NCBI GenBank assembly: GCA_948467495.1
Contig: CAOKEO010000006.1
Coordinates: forward strand, 1-58,179
From: an uncultured Clostridium sp.
GTDB taxonomy: Bacteria; Bacillota; Clostridia; TANB77; CAG-508
Direction: 5' to 3'
DNA: 58,179 nt
The translations under genes and the position numbers were made by a program. The first letter of the stretch is position 1. The number at the start of each line of letters is the position of its first letter. The notes under the pieces are model-generated. The model had not been told where the DNA came from. It saw nothing but the letters and a program-made list of their open reading frames with translations, and ran no database searches. This document shows positions 1 to 10,043 of this stretch, one piece after another.

Positions 1-53
1 CGTACGGTGGTGTGAGAGGGGAAAAGCACATTAAGTGTTATCCTCTACTCGAT
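1..53 (+). mobile_element. 3' end (domain V 3' half and domain VI) of a group II intron, class C-like; rest lies outside the window
   Basis: CGTACGGTGGTGTGAGAGG matches the 3' strand of class C domain V; followed by a short DVI stem and the terminal CCTCTACTCGAT. Confidence 0.8.
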
Positions 54-382
54 TTACGTACAAGGAATTGATTTTGTTCTGCAAGTTCCCATTGTTTCTT
101 AAATTTCTTAGCATTTTTTGTAGCGTACCATGCCCTTTTACTCATTGTAAATAGGTCTTCACGACAACGCGGACTATCGGGTATTCTAGAGACCTTTGAA
201 GCCAAAAAACGAGCACTTCTTAAAGCCTTGTTTTTAGCTTTTACACTACTATGATGCCGTCTTCGTGAAATGGAACGGTCTTTTTTCTCGAAGTCTGGAA
301 TATTGTCCAAAGGACATGAAAATAATCCACTTGGGCACTCGCACTCACAAGAATGAGCAGAATTACAAAAATCTTTTTGCAT
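38..382 (-). CDS. Hypothetical basic protein with Cys-rich N-terminus (114 aa); stop codon lies inside the intron end
   Basis: AAGGAGG RBS upstream of ATG at 382; open frame; no recognisable family. Confidence 0.5.
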   Translation of the reverse strand: MQKDFCNSAHSCECECPSGLFSCPLDNIPDFEKKDRSISRRRHHSSVKAKNKALRSARFLASKVSRIPDSPRCREDLFTMSKRAWYATKNAKKFKKQWELAEQNQFLVRKSSRG

Positions 383-583
383 AAACAATACCTCCTTGTT
401 TTTGATGACTAAAAAAACAATCATCGTATATAAGATTAAAAGTCTCCTATATGATATCACAAACATTAACATAAAGTCAAGAAAATTATAAAATTATTCA
501 TAAACATGCGAACAAAATGACAAAATACGACATATAATACAATATAGTATCAAACAAGGTACTATATTGGAGGTGACTTTAAC

Positions 584-862
584 ATGGAGCCACAAGAAAC
601 AATTTATTGCTATGACAACAGAGAAGAAAAATGTGCTAAAAAAAGAAACTGTTTAGGAATTGTAGCGATTATATTATTAACAGCATTGGTTTTTGTATTA
701 GGATTGCTTATAGGGGCAGCTTTAGCAGTAGTTATACTGGCAGCATTACCAGCAGTTATTGTTCTAGCAGTAGTATTAGCATTATTGTTGATTTTAACAA
801 TTATTCTAATGTTCTGTAACAGAAAAAAAGAGAAAAAATGCAAATGTAAATGTTGTTGTTAA
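584..862 (+). CDS. Small membrane protein with Cys/Lys-rich termini
   Basis: GGAGG RBS; long hydrophobic stretch; C-terminal KKCKCKCCC. Confidence 0.65.
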   Translation: MEPQETIYCYDNREEKCAKKRNCLGIVAIILLTALVFVLGLLIGAALAVVILAALPAVIVLAVVLALLLILTIILMFCNRKKEKKCKCKCCC

Positions 863-878
863 TACAGAAGTAAATTTT

Positions 879-907
879 AGAGTAGAAAATTTTCATTTTC
901 TACTCTT
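879..907. terminator. Hairpin between convergent genes, probable bidirectional terminator
   Basis: AGAGTAGAAAAT...ATTTTCTACTCT inverted repeat. Confidence 0.55.
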
Positions 908-946
908 TCTGTAAATTAATATATAAATACTATATACATTTTTGTA

Positions 947-1534
947 TCAATAAGGGATAAATTGTTCAATAAATTCCCAAACATCATCTTGATAAACTTT
1001 TCTTTCAGAAGAAAAAGGTAAAGTCGTAATATCACCAAGAGGATTTAGTTGTTTTTGTAAATTTTGAACGGTTGTATCAACTTTTGTTTTTGCAATTTTA
1101 TCAGCTTTATTAGCCAAAATCAAACAAGGCAATCCAGATGAAATCATATAATGGTACATCAATCTATCATTTTCAGTAGGGTTATGTCTAATATCTACTA
1201 AAAAGATAATCAAAGAAATTTCTTTTCGATGGAATAAATATTCCTCAATAAATTTTCCTACTTGTTCTTGTTCTTTCTTAGACATTTTACTATAACCATA
1301 GCCAGGTAAATCAACAAAATAAAAATTATCATCTATATTATAAAAATTAATTTGACGAGTCTTACCTGGTTCACTACTAGTTCTAGCTAGTTTTTTTCGA
1401 TTTATCATAGTATTGACAAAACTTGATTTTCCGACATTGGATTTTCCAACTAAAACAATTTCAGGCAATCCATTAGCAGGATATTGGTTTGGTCGAACAG
1501 CCGAAATTTCAAATTTAGGATTTTTGACTAACAT
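947..1534 (-). CDS. engB: Ribosome biogenesis GTPase YsxC/EngB
   Basis: GKSNVGKSS, PGKT, DLPGYG and NKAD motifs. Confidence 0.95.
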   Translation of the reverse strand: MLVKNPKFEISAVRPNQYPANGLPEIVLVGKSNVGKSSFVNTMINRKKLARTSSEPGKTRQINFYNIDDNFYFVDLPGYGYSKMSKKEQEQVGKFIEEYLFHRKEISLIIFLVDIRHNPTENDRLMYHYMISSGLPCLILANKADKIAKTKVDTTVQNLQKQLNPLGDITTLPFSSERKVYQDDVWEFIEQFIPY

Positions 1535-1573
1535 AATTTAATTTCCTCCTAATAATTTTAGGGACGTGGGAGA

Positions 1574-2863
1574 TTATCTATTCCCATGCTCCATTTTTTC
1601 TAGACCACCCATGTATGGTCTTAAAACTTCTGGAATGATAACACTTCCATCTGGTTGGTAGTTATTTTCCACAATGGAAATTAGCATACGAGGAGGGGCA
1701 ACTACAGTATTATTTAAGGTATGAGCAAAATAATTTCCCTTTTCCCCTTTGATACGGATTCCTAATCTACGAGCTTGTGCATCTGTTAAGTTAGAGCAAC
1801 TTCCAATCTCGAAATATTTTTTCTGTCTAGGACTCCAAGCTTCGATATCACAAGATTTTGCTTTTAAGTCTGCTAAGTCTCCACTACAACATTCTAATGT
1901 TCTAACAGGAATGTTCATGCTTCTAAAGAATTCTACGGTGTAAGCCCACATTTTATCATACCATTCCCAAGATTGTTCAGGTTCACAGACAACCACCATT
2001 TCTTGCTTTTCAAATTGATGAATTCGATAAATGCCACGTTCTTCCATTCCATGTGCTCCTTTTTCTTTTCGAAAACAAGGAGAATAAGAAGTCATAGTAT
2101 AAGGCATGTCCTCTTTTTTCAAAATTTGGTCTTTAAATTTACCAATCATAGAATGTTCACTGGTACCAATTAAATATAAGTCTTCTCCATCAATTTTATA
2201 CATCATGGCATCCATTTCTTCAAAACTCATGACACCAGTTACCACATCAGAACGTATCATAAAAGGAGGAATACAATAGGTAAATCCCTTGTTAATCATA
2301 AAATCTCTAGCATAAGTTAAAACAGCAGAATGCAGTCTTGCGACATCTCCCATTAAATAATAAAAGCCATTTCCTGCTACTCGTCTTGCACTATCTAAAT
2401 CAAGTCCGCCAAGAGATTCTAAAATTTCGCCATGAAAGGGAATTTCATAATCTGGCACAATGGGGTCACCATATTTTTGAATTTCTACATTTTCACTGTC
2501 ATCTTTTCCAATGGGAACGGTTTCATGCATCATATTGGGGATTTTCATCATTCTCATTCTTATTTCTTCGGCATATTTATTTTCTAATTTCTCATTTTCT
2601 GCTAGTTTTTCATTGATTGCATTTACTTGCACTTTTATTTTTTCAGCTTCTTCTTTTTTACCAGCTTTCATTAAACTACCAATTTGATTGCTAAGGCTTT
2701 TTCTTTCTGCTCTCAAATTGTCACCATTTAATTTCGATTCTCTATTTTTTATATCTAAATCAAGAATTTCATCCACTAAAATAAGTTTATGGTCTTGAAA
2801 TTTCTTTTTCATATTTTCTTTGACTACATCTGGATTTTCTCTTAAAAATTTAATGTCTATCAT
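1574..2863 (-). CDS. serS: Serine--tRNA ligase
   Basis: MIDIKFLRENP start, coiled-coil arm, GTSE, FRKE, HQFEKQE, EIGSCSN motifs. Confidence 0.97.
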   Translation of the reverse strand: MIDIKFLRENPDVVKENMKKKFQDHKLILVDEILDLDIKNRESKLNGDNLRAERKSLSNQIGSLMKAGKKEEAEKIKVQVNAINEKLAENEKLENKYAEEIRMRMMKIPNMMHETVPIGKDDSENVEIQKYGDPIVPDYEIPFHGEILESLGGLDLDSARRVAGNGFYYLMGDVARLHSAVLTYARDFMINKGFTYCIPPFMIRSDVVTGVMSFEEMDAMMYKIDGEDLYLIGTSEHSMIGKFKDQILKKEDMPYTMTSYSPCFRKEKGAHGMEERGIYRIHQFEKQEMVVVCEPEQSWEWYDKMWAYTVEFFRSMNIPVRTLECCSGDLADLKAKSCDIEAWSPRQKKYFEIGSCSNLTDAQARRLGIRIKGEKGNYFAHTLNNTVVAPPRMLISIVENNYQPDGSVIIPEVLRPYMGGLEKMEHGNR

Positions 2864-3108
2864 AAAATACCTCCTCGTCCAATTAAGAACGTTTTTTTAA
2901 AACATTTTAACGTTTTACATGGAATGAGCCAATTATATAATATTTTTTAATAATTGGCAAGAAAATGGGAAAAATAATAAAAATGATGTGTAATGATTCA
3001 GAGATAACACATTTTAATTAAAAAGTCTATCTATTTTTTATGATGTAACAATTATTATTTTTATAAACTTTTTAAATCTAAATACTTACAAAACGAAGGG
3101 AATGGAAG

Positions 3109-3951
3109 ATGTTTTTTGAAATTGCGAAGTTTATTTTATATTCTGGACTGGTTGTATTAATTGCCAAATATATTTTGGTAATAACATTAAGAAAGTTAGC
3201 AGAAAATTTGGATTTGAAACCAAAAACAGCAGGAAATATTGCAGGTTATGCTACTTCTATGCCAGAACTTTTAACCATTACAGTTGCTAGTATCAATGGA
3301 TTAATGGGAAGTAGTATTTTTAATATTTTGAGTTCTAATGTCATTAATTTCATGCAATATTTGGCATCCATTATAATGAATAAAAATAGAGAAGCTTTTT
3401 CCAATAAAGCAATAAAAATAGATATGGTATTAGTATTCATAACGATAGGAATACCTTTGGTTTTGGTGTGGAGAAACATAGAAATGAATTTGATTCTTGT
3501 TCCAGCTTTTTTCATTTTATTTACTTTGTTTCTTTATTTAAATCATAATGTTCATAAGTTGTATTTACAAAAAGAGGATAAAGAAATTGAAAAACAAATT
3601 AGGAAAGAGGAAGAAAAAGAAAAAGGAAATACTAGAAAAACAGTGCTTTATATTGTTGTTTTGCTTGGTACAGGAGTTTTATTGTATGTAATAGGCGAAT
3701 TGCTTGGAGAAACATTAAATCGTTTGTGCTATCAATTTAATATTTCTGAAATTGTAATAGGCATATTACTTGGCTTTATTACAAGTATCCCAGAATTGAT
3801 TACTTTTTTTGAGTCACAAAAACATTATAAAGTTCAAGAAAATAGTAGAATGTTGGGAGTAGTGGAAGCTACTAATAATCTTTTGACTTCTAATATTTTA
3901 AATTTATTTATGATACAGTCTATTGGCATTTTAATTTATACTTTTTTGTAG
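3109..3951 (+). CDS. Sodium/calcium exchanger-like membrane protein
   Basis: Two alpha-repeat-like motifs ATSMPEL and ITSIPEL, each followed by SN motifs; multiple TM segments. Confidence 0.75.
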   Translation: MFFEIAKFILYSGLVVLIAKYILVITLRKLAENLDLKPKTAGNIAGYATSMPELLTITVASINGLMGSSIFNILSSNVINFMQYLASIIMNKNREAFSNKAIKIDMVLVFITIGIPLVLVWRNIEMNLILVPAFFILFTLFLYLNHNVHKLYLQKEDKEIEKQIRKEEEKEKGNTRKTVLYIVVLLGTGVLLYVIGELLGETLNRLCYQFNISEIVIGILLGFITSIPELITFFESQKHYKVQENSRMLGVVEATNNLLTSNILNLFMIQSIGILIYTFL

Positions 3952-4039
3952 TAGTAACTGTAGTAGTACAAAAAACGTAATTTAAATGAAAAAAAGCTTG
4001 ACAGAGTTATACAAAATAATGTATAATATAGTACGTTAC

Positions 4040-4175
4040 AAGAAGAAGTAAAACTTCTCACCTTATCCGAAAGGAAAAAGGTTAGAAATTAAATAAATAG
4101 AGTATATGCTCGAGTTTTATTTTATTTGACTTGTAACAAAAGTCAAATTTTTTATAGGGTGGAATTTTTTTCAAA
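4040..4175 (+). promoter_or_regulatory. Probable L20 autoregulatory leader of infC-rpmI-rplT, downstream of a sigma-A promoter
   Basis: AGAAG...CTTCTCACC 5' motif, TTGAC/GTCAA hairpin, position before infC; TTGACA-17-TATAAT at about 3998-4027. Confidence 0.6.
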
Positions 4176-4234
4176 GGCAAGAAAAATTCTGACCAATAAA
4201 ATTGATGTATAGATTTTTTGTGGAGGTGTTTTCA

Positions 4235-4750
4235 ATCAAACAAGATTTACCAATCAACAGACAAATAAGAGCCAAAGAGATACAATTAGTAGAAGATAAT
4301 GGACAAAAAGCAGGAATCATTTCATTGGAAGAAGCTTTAAGAAAAGCAGAAGCCCAAAATTTAGATTTAGTATTAGTTGCACCTAATACGAATCCACCAG
4401 TTTGTAAGATTATGAACTATGGGAAATATAAATTTGAACAAGCAAAAAAAGAAAAAGAAGCTAAGAAAAAACAAAGAGTTCTTGAAATAAAAGAGTTACG
4501 TGTAACTCCCAATATTGAAGAACATGACTTTGGTTTCAAATGTAAAAATGCAAGAAAGTTTTTAACAGAGGGAAACAAAGTAAAAATAACAGTTCGATTT
4601 AGAGGAAGAGAAGTAAATAATGCAAAAGCAGGAGAAGTGGTTCTAAATAAATTTATCGAGGCTTTGGAAGATATTGCAACTGTTGAAAAGTTACCTAAAT
4701 TAGAAGGTAGAAATATGTTTACTATTTTAGCTAAAAAAGCAGATAAATAA
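4235..4750 (+). CDS. infC: Translation initiation factor IF-3, non-canonical ATC start
   Basis: GGAGGTG RBS then ATC at 4235; PPVCKIMNYGKYKFE and KITVRFRGRE motifs. Confidence 0.95.
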   Translation: MKQDLPINRQIRAKEIQLVEDNGQKAGIISLEEALRKAEAQNLDLVLVAPNTNPPVCKIMNYGKYKFEQAKKEKEAKKKQRVLEIKELRVTPNIEEHDFGFKCKNARKFLTEGNKVKITVRFRGREVNNAKAGEVVLNKFIEALEDIATVEKLPKLEGRNMFTILAKKADK

Positions 4751-4790
4751 TCTGTACATATTAAAGTAAGAAACGAAAGGAGTTATCGAA

Positions 4791-4994
4791 ATGCCAAAAT
4801 TAAAAACCAATAAAGCTGCGAAGAAAAGATATTCATTAACAGCTACAGGAAAAGTAAAAAGAACAAAATCAAACAGAAGACATTTATTAGCAAATAAGAC
4901 AAGAAGACAAAAGAAATCAGGAAAGATTCAAAATGCTTATGCAAGTAAAACATGTGAAAATACAATCAAAAAATTATTACCTTATGGAAATTAG
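4791..4994 (+). CDS. rpmI: 50S ribosomal protein L35
   Basis: MPKLKTNKAAKKR; synteny. Confidence 0.95.
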   Translation: MPKLKTNKAAKKRYSLTATGKVKRTKSNRRHLLANKTRRQKKSGKIQNAYASKTCENTIKKLLPYGN

Positions 4995-5021
4995 ATTGAA
5001 AAAAGAGGAAGGTGAAAATAA

Positions 5022-5372
5022 ATGGCAAGAGTAAAAACAGCAAGAACAACAAGAGCAAGACATAAAAAGATTTTAAAACAAGCAAAAGGATATTATGGTG
5101 CAAAGAGTTATCGATTTAGAAATGCAAATCAAGCAGTTATGAAATCTTTAGCATATAGCTATGTAGGAAGAAAAGATAAGAAAAGTAACTTTAGAAAACT
5201 ATGGATAGCAAGAATAAATGCAGCAGCAAGAATGAATGGAACAACTTATAGTAAAATGATTGCAGGATTAAAAAAAGCCAATGTTACCATTAATAGAAAG
5301 ATGTTAGCAGAAATTGCTGTAACGGACCCAAAAGCATTTACAGAGATTGCAGAAGTTGCAAAAAAAGCGTAA
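5022..5372 (+). CDS. rplT: 50S ribosomal protein L20
   Basis: [25 protein letters not shown]. Confidence 0.97.
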   Translation: MARVKTARTTRARHKKILKQAKGYYGAKSYRFRNANQAVMKSLAYSYVGRKDKKSNFRKLWIARINAAARMNGTTYSKMIAGLKKANVTINRKMLAEIAVTDPKAFTEIAEVAKKA

Positions 5373-5384
5373 TTATATAAAAGG

Positions 5385-5414
5385 AAAGAATAACAATTCA
5401 GTTATTCTTTTTTT
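5385..5414 (+). terminator. Rho-independent terminator after rplT
   Basis: AAAGAATAAC/GTTATTCTTT stem then T-run. Confidence 0.7.
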
Positions 5415-5522
5415 GTTATATAGGTAACTATTCAGGGGTGTATATTCCAATTAGAAACTTTTATGGCAAAAAACAAAACATCTGAATCGTTACTTATATA
5501 GATACAAAATTTTAAAAAATAC

Positions 5523-5551
5523 TTGACGAAAAATGGAAGAATATGTATAAT
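5523..5551 (+). promoter_or_regulatory. Sigma-A promoter of GHKL ATPase gene
   Basis: TTGACG-17 nt-TATAAT. Confidence 0.7.
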
Positions 5552-5717
5552 AAAAAAGAAGATTGGGTATAGAACCTGGTCTCATAAGTCCAATTGAATC
5601 ATATAAAGTAAAAATCCTATATGTTTAAGGGATTATTTTAGCAATGATAATGGAACTTATGAATCGGGTCTATCTAATTTCAGATAGACTTTTTATTATT
5701 GAAAAGGAGGTTTCATT

Positions 5718-7262
5718 ATGGAACAAAAAGTAAACCAAAAAAATGAGATGAAGGAATTTAATTATGACAATGAACCAAATGCTGGTATATTAATTTATGC
5801 CCTTCAACATCTAGGCTATAAAAATGATGTAGCACTTTGCGATATTATCGACAATTCTATTGATGCCGGAGCAACTAAAATTTCCCTGTATATGGATAAG
5901 GATAAGATTATGATTGTAGATAATGGGAAAGGAATGACATTCTCAATACTGGACGAGGCATTGAAATTAGGGTCAGATATTATAAGAGAAAATAATACAA
6001 CATTAGGTAAATTCGGAATGGGATTAAGCACAGCATCTATGTCCATTGCAGATAAAACGACAGTACTTACCAAAAGTTTGAGAGTAGAACCAATATTGAA
6101 AAGTAGTGTTGATATCAATATTGTAAAATTAAACAACAAATTTGTAAAATATATTGGAGAAGCGAATCGTCAAGAGGAAGAACTGTTTCAACAATTATTA
6201 GAAGGAGAGAAAAGTGGAACTATTGTTATTTTAGAACAATGTGCTGGCATAAAGAATAAAAATGTAAATCAATTTTCAAATAGAATGAAATCCGTGATGG
6301 CTAGAATTTATAGAAAATTTATGGACAAAATAGATTTCTATGTAAATGGTATAAAGGTAGAAGCAGATGATCCTTTATTATTAAATGATAAAGAAACACA
6401 AGTGTTTTGCGATGAAAATTATGAAATTAAATGGAAAGATAAAAATGGAGTTGAAAAAAAATCGACTATAAATGCTAAATTAGTTTTGTTACCTTTGATG
6501 CCAGTTGAAGAAGCAAAACAGAAAAAAATGAATATACCCAATCAAGGTTTTTCTATTTTAAGAAATAGTAGAGAAATTGCTTTTGGCTATATGCCCTGGC
6601 TAGCAAAACATAACCGATTTAATCGTTTTAGAGGAGAAATTTCCTTTCAATCAGATATGGATGAGGCAATGGGAGTTGATTTTACCAAAAATGGAATTGA
6701 TATGATGGATTCGGTAAATGATATCTTACAAGAATGTTTAAAAGTACAAATTATTGCCATAGGAAATAAATCCAAAAGAGAAACGGCAAAAGTAGAAGAT
6801 AATGATATTAATCATGAAAATGCAGAAAGGTTAATTAGTACAAAATCTAATATTTTAATTACTCCTAGAATAGAAGAGTATGCTAATGGGGAAGATGGGG
6901 AAGAAAATTCTTACCAGGAAGAAAATACTAGCCGATTTGAAGAAAGTACCATTAACCAAAATAGGAATACAGATGTTAATGTACGTTTTATTAGTGTATC
7001 GGCTGGTAGAACAGGCAATATCTTTGAGGCTCATTTAGAAGGAAGAACTACTGTGATTGAGTGGAATATTGATCATCCTTTTTATGAGAAATTTGTACTT
7101 TCCAATACAGAGAATTCTGAACTTGTAACTGCTGTAGATTATTTGATATATTCCATTGCTATATCACAATTAAAAGTATTAGCGGACGATAATAATAAAG
7201 CTGAGATTATTAGTCAATTGATATCTGTTATGAGTAATAATATGAGAGCATTATTGGATTAG
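5718..7262 (+). CDS. GHKL-family (MORC/HATPase_c_3-like) ATPase
   Basis: DIIDNSIDA, DNGKGM, LGKFGMGL and GT motifs; C-terminal NIDHPFY motif. Confidence 0.8.
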   Translation: MEQKVNQKNEMKEFNYDNEPNAGILIYALQHLGYKNDVALCDIIDNSIDAGATKISLYMDKDKIMIVDNGKGMTFSILDEALKLGSDIIRENNTTLGKFGMGLSTASMSIADKTTVLTKSLRVEPILKSSVDINIVKLNNKFVKYIGEANRQEEELFQQLLEGEKSGTIVILEQCAGIKNKNVNQFSNRMKSVMARIYRKFMDKIDFYVNGIKVEADDPLLLNDKETQVFCDENYEIKWKDKNGVEKKSTINAKLVLLPLMPVEEAKQKKMNIPNQGFSILRNSREIAFGYMPWLAKHNRFNRFRGEISFQSDMDEAMGVDFTKNGIDMMDSVNDILQECLKVQIIAIGNKSKRETAKVEDNDINHENAERLISTKSNILITPRIEEYANGEDGEENSYQEENTSRFEESTINQNRNTDVNVRFISVSAGRTGNIFEAHLEGRTTVIEWNIDHPFYEKFVLSNTENSELVTAVDYLIYSIAISQLKVLADDNNKAEIISQLISVMSNNMRALLD

Positions 7263-7272
7263 AGAGGACAAA

Positions 7273-7530
7273 ATGGAAATATTTGAAAAGTTAAGTCATA
7301 ATCCATTAATAGTTTCTGTTGTTACATTAGTATTAACAACATTTATTAGTCTGATGGGATACATCATGAAAAAAATAATAGATATCAATAAAAAAGAAAA
7401 AAATGATACAAAAGAAATTTATCAAAATAATATGATACAGAATTTTCATACAGGAATGAATTATAGTGATGTGGAAAGAATTGCAGAAGATGTGGTAAAT
7501 CGTGAATTATCAAAAATGAAAAAGCAATAA
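7273..7530 (+). CDS. Small single-pass membrane hypothetical protein
   Basis: GAGG RBS, 10 nt after ATPase stop, N-terminal TM helix. Confidence 0.6.
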   Translation: MEIFEKLSHNPLIVSVVTLVLTTFISLMGYIMKKIIDINKKEKNDTKEIYQNNMIQNFHTGMNYSDVERIAEDVVNRELSKMKKQ

Positions 7531-7533
7531 AAT

Positions 7534-7926
7534 TTATTGCTTTTTCATTTTTGGTTTTGAAATTAAAGAAGCTAAATAACCAAAGAAAACAGCAGCGGCA
7601 ATTCCACCAGCGGCAGCCTTAACACCACCAGTAAAGCTACCGACTAAACCAGTTTGTTGTACTCCTTCAATAGCACCTTTTGCAAGATTGTAGCCAAAAC
7701 CTGTAAGAGGAACCGTAGCACCAGCACCAGCAAAATCGACTAAGTATTGGTAAATTCCTAAACCTCCTAATACAGCACCTGCTGTGACAAAAATAACGAG
7801 TATCTTAGCTGGGGTAAGTTTTGTCTTATCTATTAAGATTTGTCCAATAATACAAATAATACCACCAGTTACAAAACATTTTAATAACATCATCCAATCA
7901 AAAACATTGACCCAATTTACATCCAT
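7534..7926 (-). CDS. spoVAE: Stage V sporulation protein AE
   Basis: GGIICIIGQILID, AGAGATVPLTGFG; synteny. Confidence 0.93.
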   Translation of the reverse strand: MDVNWVNVFDWMMLLKCFVTGGIICIIGQILIDKTKLTPAKILVIFVTAGAVLGGLGIYQYLVDFAGAGATVPLTGFGYNLAKGAIEGVQQTGLVGSFTGGVKAAAGGIAAAVFFGYLASLISKPKMKKQ

Positions 7927-7946
7927 AAAAATCGCTCCTTTCTGTT

Positions 7947-8948
7947 TTAGATTTCTATACTAATTGCATGTGCAATACCTGGAATGCTTTCTCCTTGTTG
8001 TGAAGTAGTTGAATTGGTTAAAGCTCCAGTGGCAATTAGCAATATTTTTTTCATTTTTCTTTCTTTTAATTGTTTAAATAAATAACCAGAAAATACGGTT
8101 CCACAGCAGGCACAACCACTGCCACCAGAATGTGTATCTTGTGCATTTTTATCAAAGATTAAAACACCACAGTCATTATAGTTAGATTTAATATTATAGC
8201 CTTGTGATTTTGCGATATCAATGGCAATATCTTTTCCAATATGACCTAAATCTCCACTAATAATGGCATCATAATAACTAGGGTTTCTTCCTGTGTCTAA
8301 AAAATGAGTGATTAAAGTATCAGCAAAAGCTGGTGCCATAGCAGCTCCCATATTATTAGCATCTTTAATTCCCATATCTACAATTTTTCCTGGTGTAATA
8401 TGAGTAATATAAGGACCTTGTCCTTCTTTCGTTAAAATGGCAGCACCAGAACCAGTAACAGTCCATTGACTCGTAGGAGGTCTTTGATTTCCTAATTCTA
8501 ATGGGAAACGGAATTGCTTTTCAGCACTACAAAAATGACTAGAAGTAGCACATAATACATTATTGGCAAAACTTTCTATAGCAATAGAACCTAGACACAT
8601 AGATTCTACAAAGGTAGAACAAGCACCAAATACACCAAAAAAAGGAATGCTTAATTCTCGTAAACCAAAACTAGAAGAAATACATTGATTCAATAAATCT
8701 CCTGCAAACATGCAATCAATTTCATTAGCTGCTACCCCAGATTTAGAAATAACAGTATTTACAGTTTCCTTAATAATTTTACTTTCTGCTTTTTCCCAAG
8801 TTTTTTCACCCCAAAACTCATCATCTAAAGTTTGGTCAAAATATTTAGCCAAAGGTCCTTGTGATTCTTTCGGACCAACAATGGAAGCACAGTCTAGAAT
8901 AGTTGGTGGAGTATTAAATTTTATGGTTTGTTTTCCTAATTTTTCCAA
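7947..8948 (-). CDS. spoVAD: Stage V sporulation protein AD
   Basis: AGDLLNQC, SSHFCSAEKQFRFPLELG, GGSGCAC; TTG start after AAGGAG. Confidence 0.95.
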   Translation of the reverse strand: MEKLGKQTIKFNTPPTILDCASIVGPKESQGPLAKYFDQTLDDEFWGEKTWEKAESKIIKETVNTVISKSGVAANEIDCMFAGDLLNQCISSSFGLRELSIPFFGVFGACSTFVESMCLGSIAIESFANNVLCATSSHFCSAEKQFRFPLELGNQRPPTSQWTVTGSGAAILTKEGQGPYITHITPGKIVDMGIKDANNMGAAMAPAFADTLITHFLDTGRNPSYYDAIISGDLGHIGKDIAIDIAKSQGYNIKSNYNDCGVLIFDKNAQDTHSGGSGCACCGTVFSGYLFKQLKERKMKKILLIATGALTNSTTSQQGESIPGIAHAISIEI

Positions 8949-8963
8949 AATATCATCTCCTTG

Positions 8964-9179
8964 AATTGCCAAGAGGGATGCACCTTTTTGGCAATTATTA
9001 TTTTACTAGAAAGGTTATTATATTTTTTAGGAAGCAACAATTCGGGAGGATCAACAAGCTTAAAGTCTGTTAAGAATTTACAAACTGTGTGATGTTGGGA
9101 GTTGCAAGTAAAAAATTATAATAACCTTTTATGAATTATTTTAAAGGATTGCCAAAAAGATTCGTTCCTCTTGGCAATT
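8964..9179. repeat. Inverted pair of 32-nt REP-like hairpin units (8964-8995, 9148-9179)
   Basis: 28/32 identity in inverted orientation; each unit has ATTGCCAA/TTGGCAAT ends. Confidence 0.75.
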
Positions 9180-9181
9180 TT

Positions 9182-9652
9182 TTAGACGAGTGTCATGCTT
9201 TGCGTATTAAATATTAAAAATACAATTCCTACTAAAATAGAAGCAGATATACCAAAGACTAGAACAGGTCCAGCAACGGTAAACATTTTTCCACCTACGC
9301 CCATGACATACCCTTCTGATTTGTATTCCATAGCAGGAGAGACAATAGAATTGGCAAATCCTGTGATAGGAATTAAAGATCCAGCTCCTGCAAATTTTCC
9401 TATTTTATTAAATAGGTTAAGCCCTGTTAAAAAGGCAGAAATTCCAATTAATAATATGGAAACAATTGTACCTGATGTTTGGGTATCAAATCCTCTTTCT
9501 TTACATATATTAAGAATAACTTGTCCAATGGTACAAATTAATCCACCAACCCAAAAGGCATTGAAGCAGTTTTTTAATAGAGGAGAGTTGGGTGATTTTT
9601 TATCCACATAATCTTGGTAAGTTTGTTTGGTTTCTATTGGGTTTGTACTCAT
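9182..9652 (-). CDS. spoVAC: Stage V sporulation protein AC
   Basis: AFWVGGLICTIGQ, GAGSLIPITGFANS, KMFTVAGPV. Confidence 0.95.
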   Translation of the reverse strand: MSTNPIETKQTYQDYVDKKSPNSPLLKNCFNAFWVGGLICTIGQVILNICKERGFDTQTSGTIVSILLIGISAFLTGLNLFNKIGKFAGAGSLIPITGFANSIVSPAMEYKSEGYVMGVGGKMFTVAGPVLVFGISASILVGIVFLIFNTQSMTLV

Positions 9653-9665
9653 ATATACCTCCTGA

Positions 9666-9884
9666 TTAATTTCTTTTTCTATCTAAATCAAGTGTAAAGC
9701 TAATGTCTAAATCAACAAAATACTCGATGATTTTATTACCATCAATACTAGCTCGTTGTTCTAGAATTTTTACTTCTGATAAATAGTCAATAGTCTTGGA
9801 AGCTTCTGAAATTGCTTTTACAATAGCATCCTTCCAGGAAACAGTAGAATTACCAGTTACAATTAAGTGTTTTTTTATATCCAT
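9666..9884 (-). CDS. Dodecin family protein
   Basis: VTGNSTVSWKDAIVKAISEASKT and terminal ISF pattern; 72 aa. Confidence 0.85.
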   Translation of the reverse strand: MDIKKHLIVTGNSTVSWKDAIVKAISEASKTIDYLSEVKILEQRASIDGNKIIEYFVDLDISFTLDLDRKRN

Positions 9885-10043
9885 AATCGACCTCCAAAAA
9901 ATCTTTTACAAGTATCTTTTCCGAAATCTAGAAAAAATATACAGAAGAAGTGGAAAATTTTATTAAAAAATTATATAATTCAATCAATATTAGAAATTTC
10001 CCCACTGATTTTGATACTGAATGGGGGATAGAAAGGAAAGATA

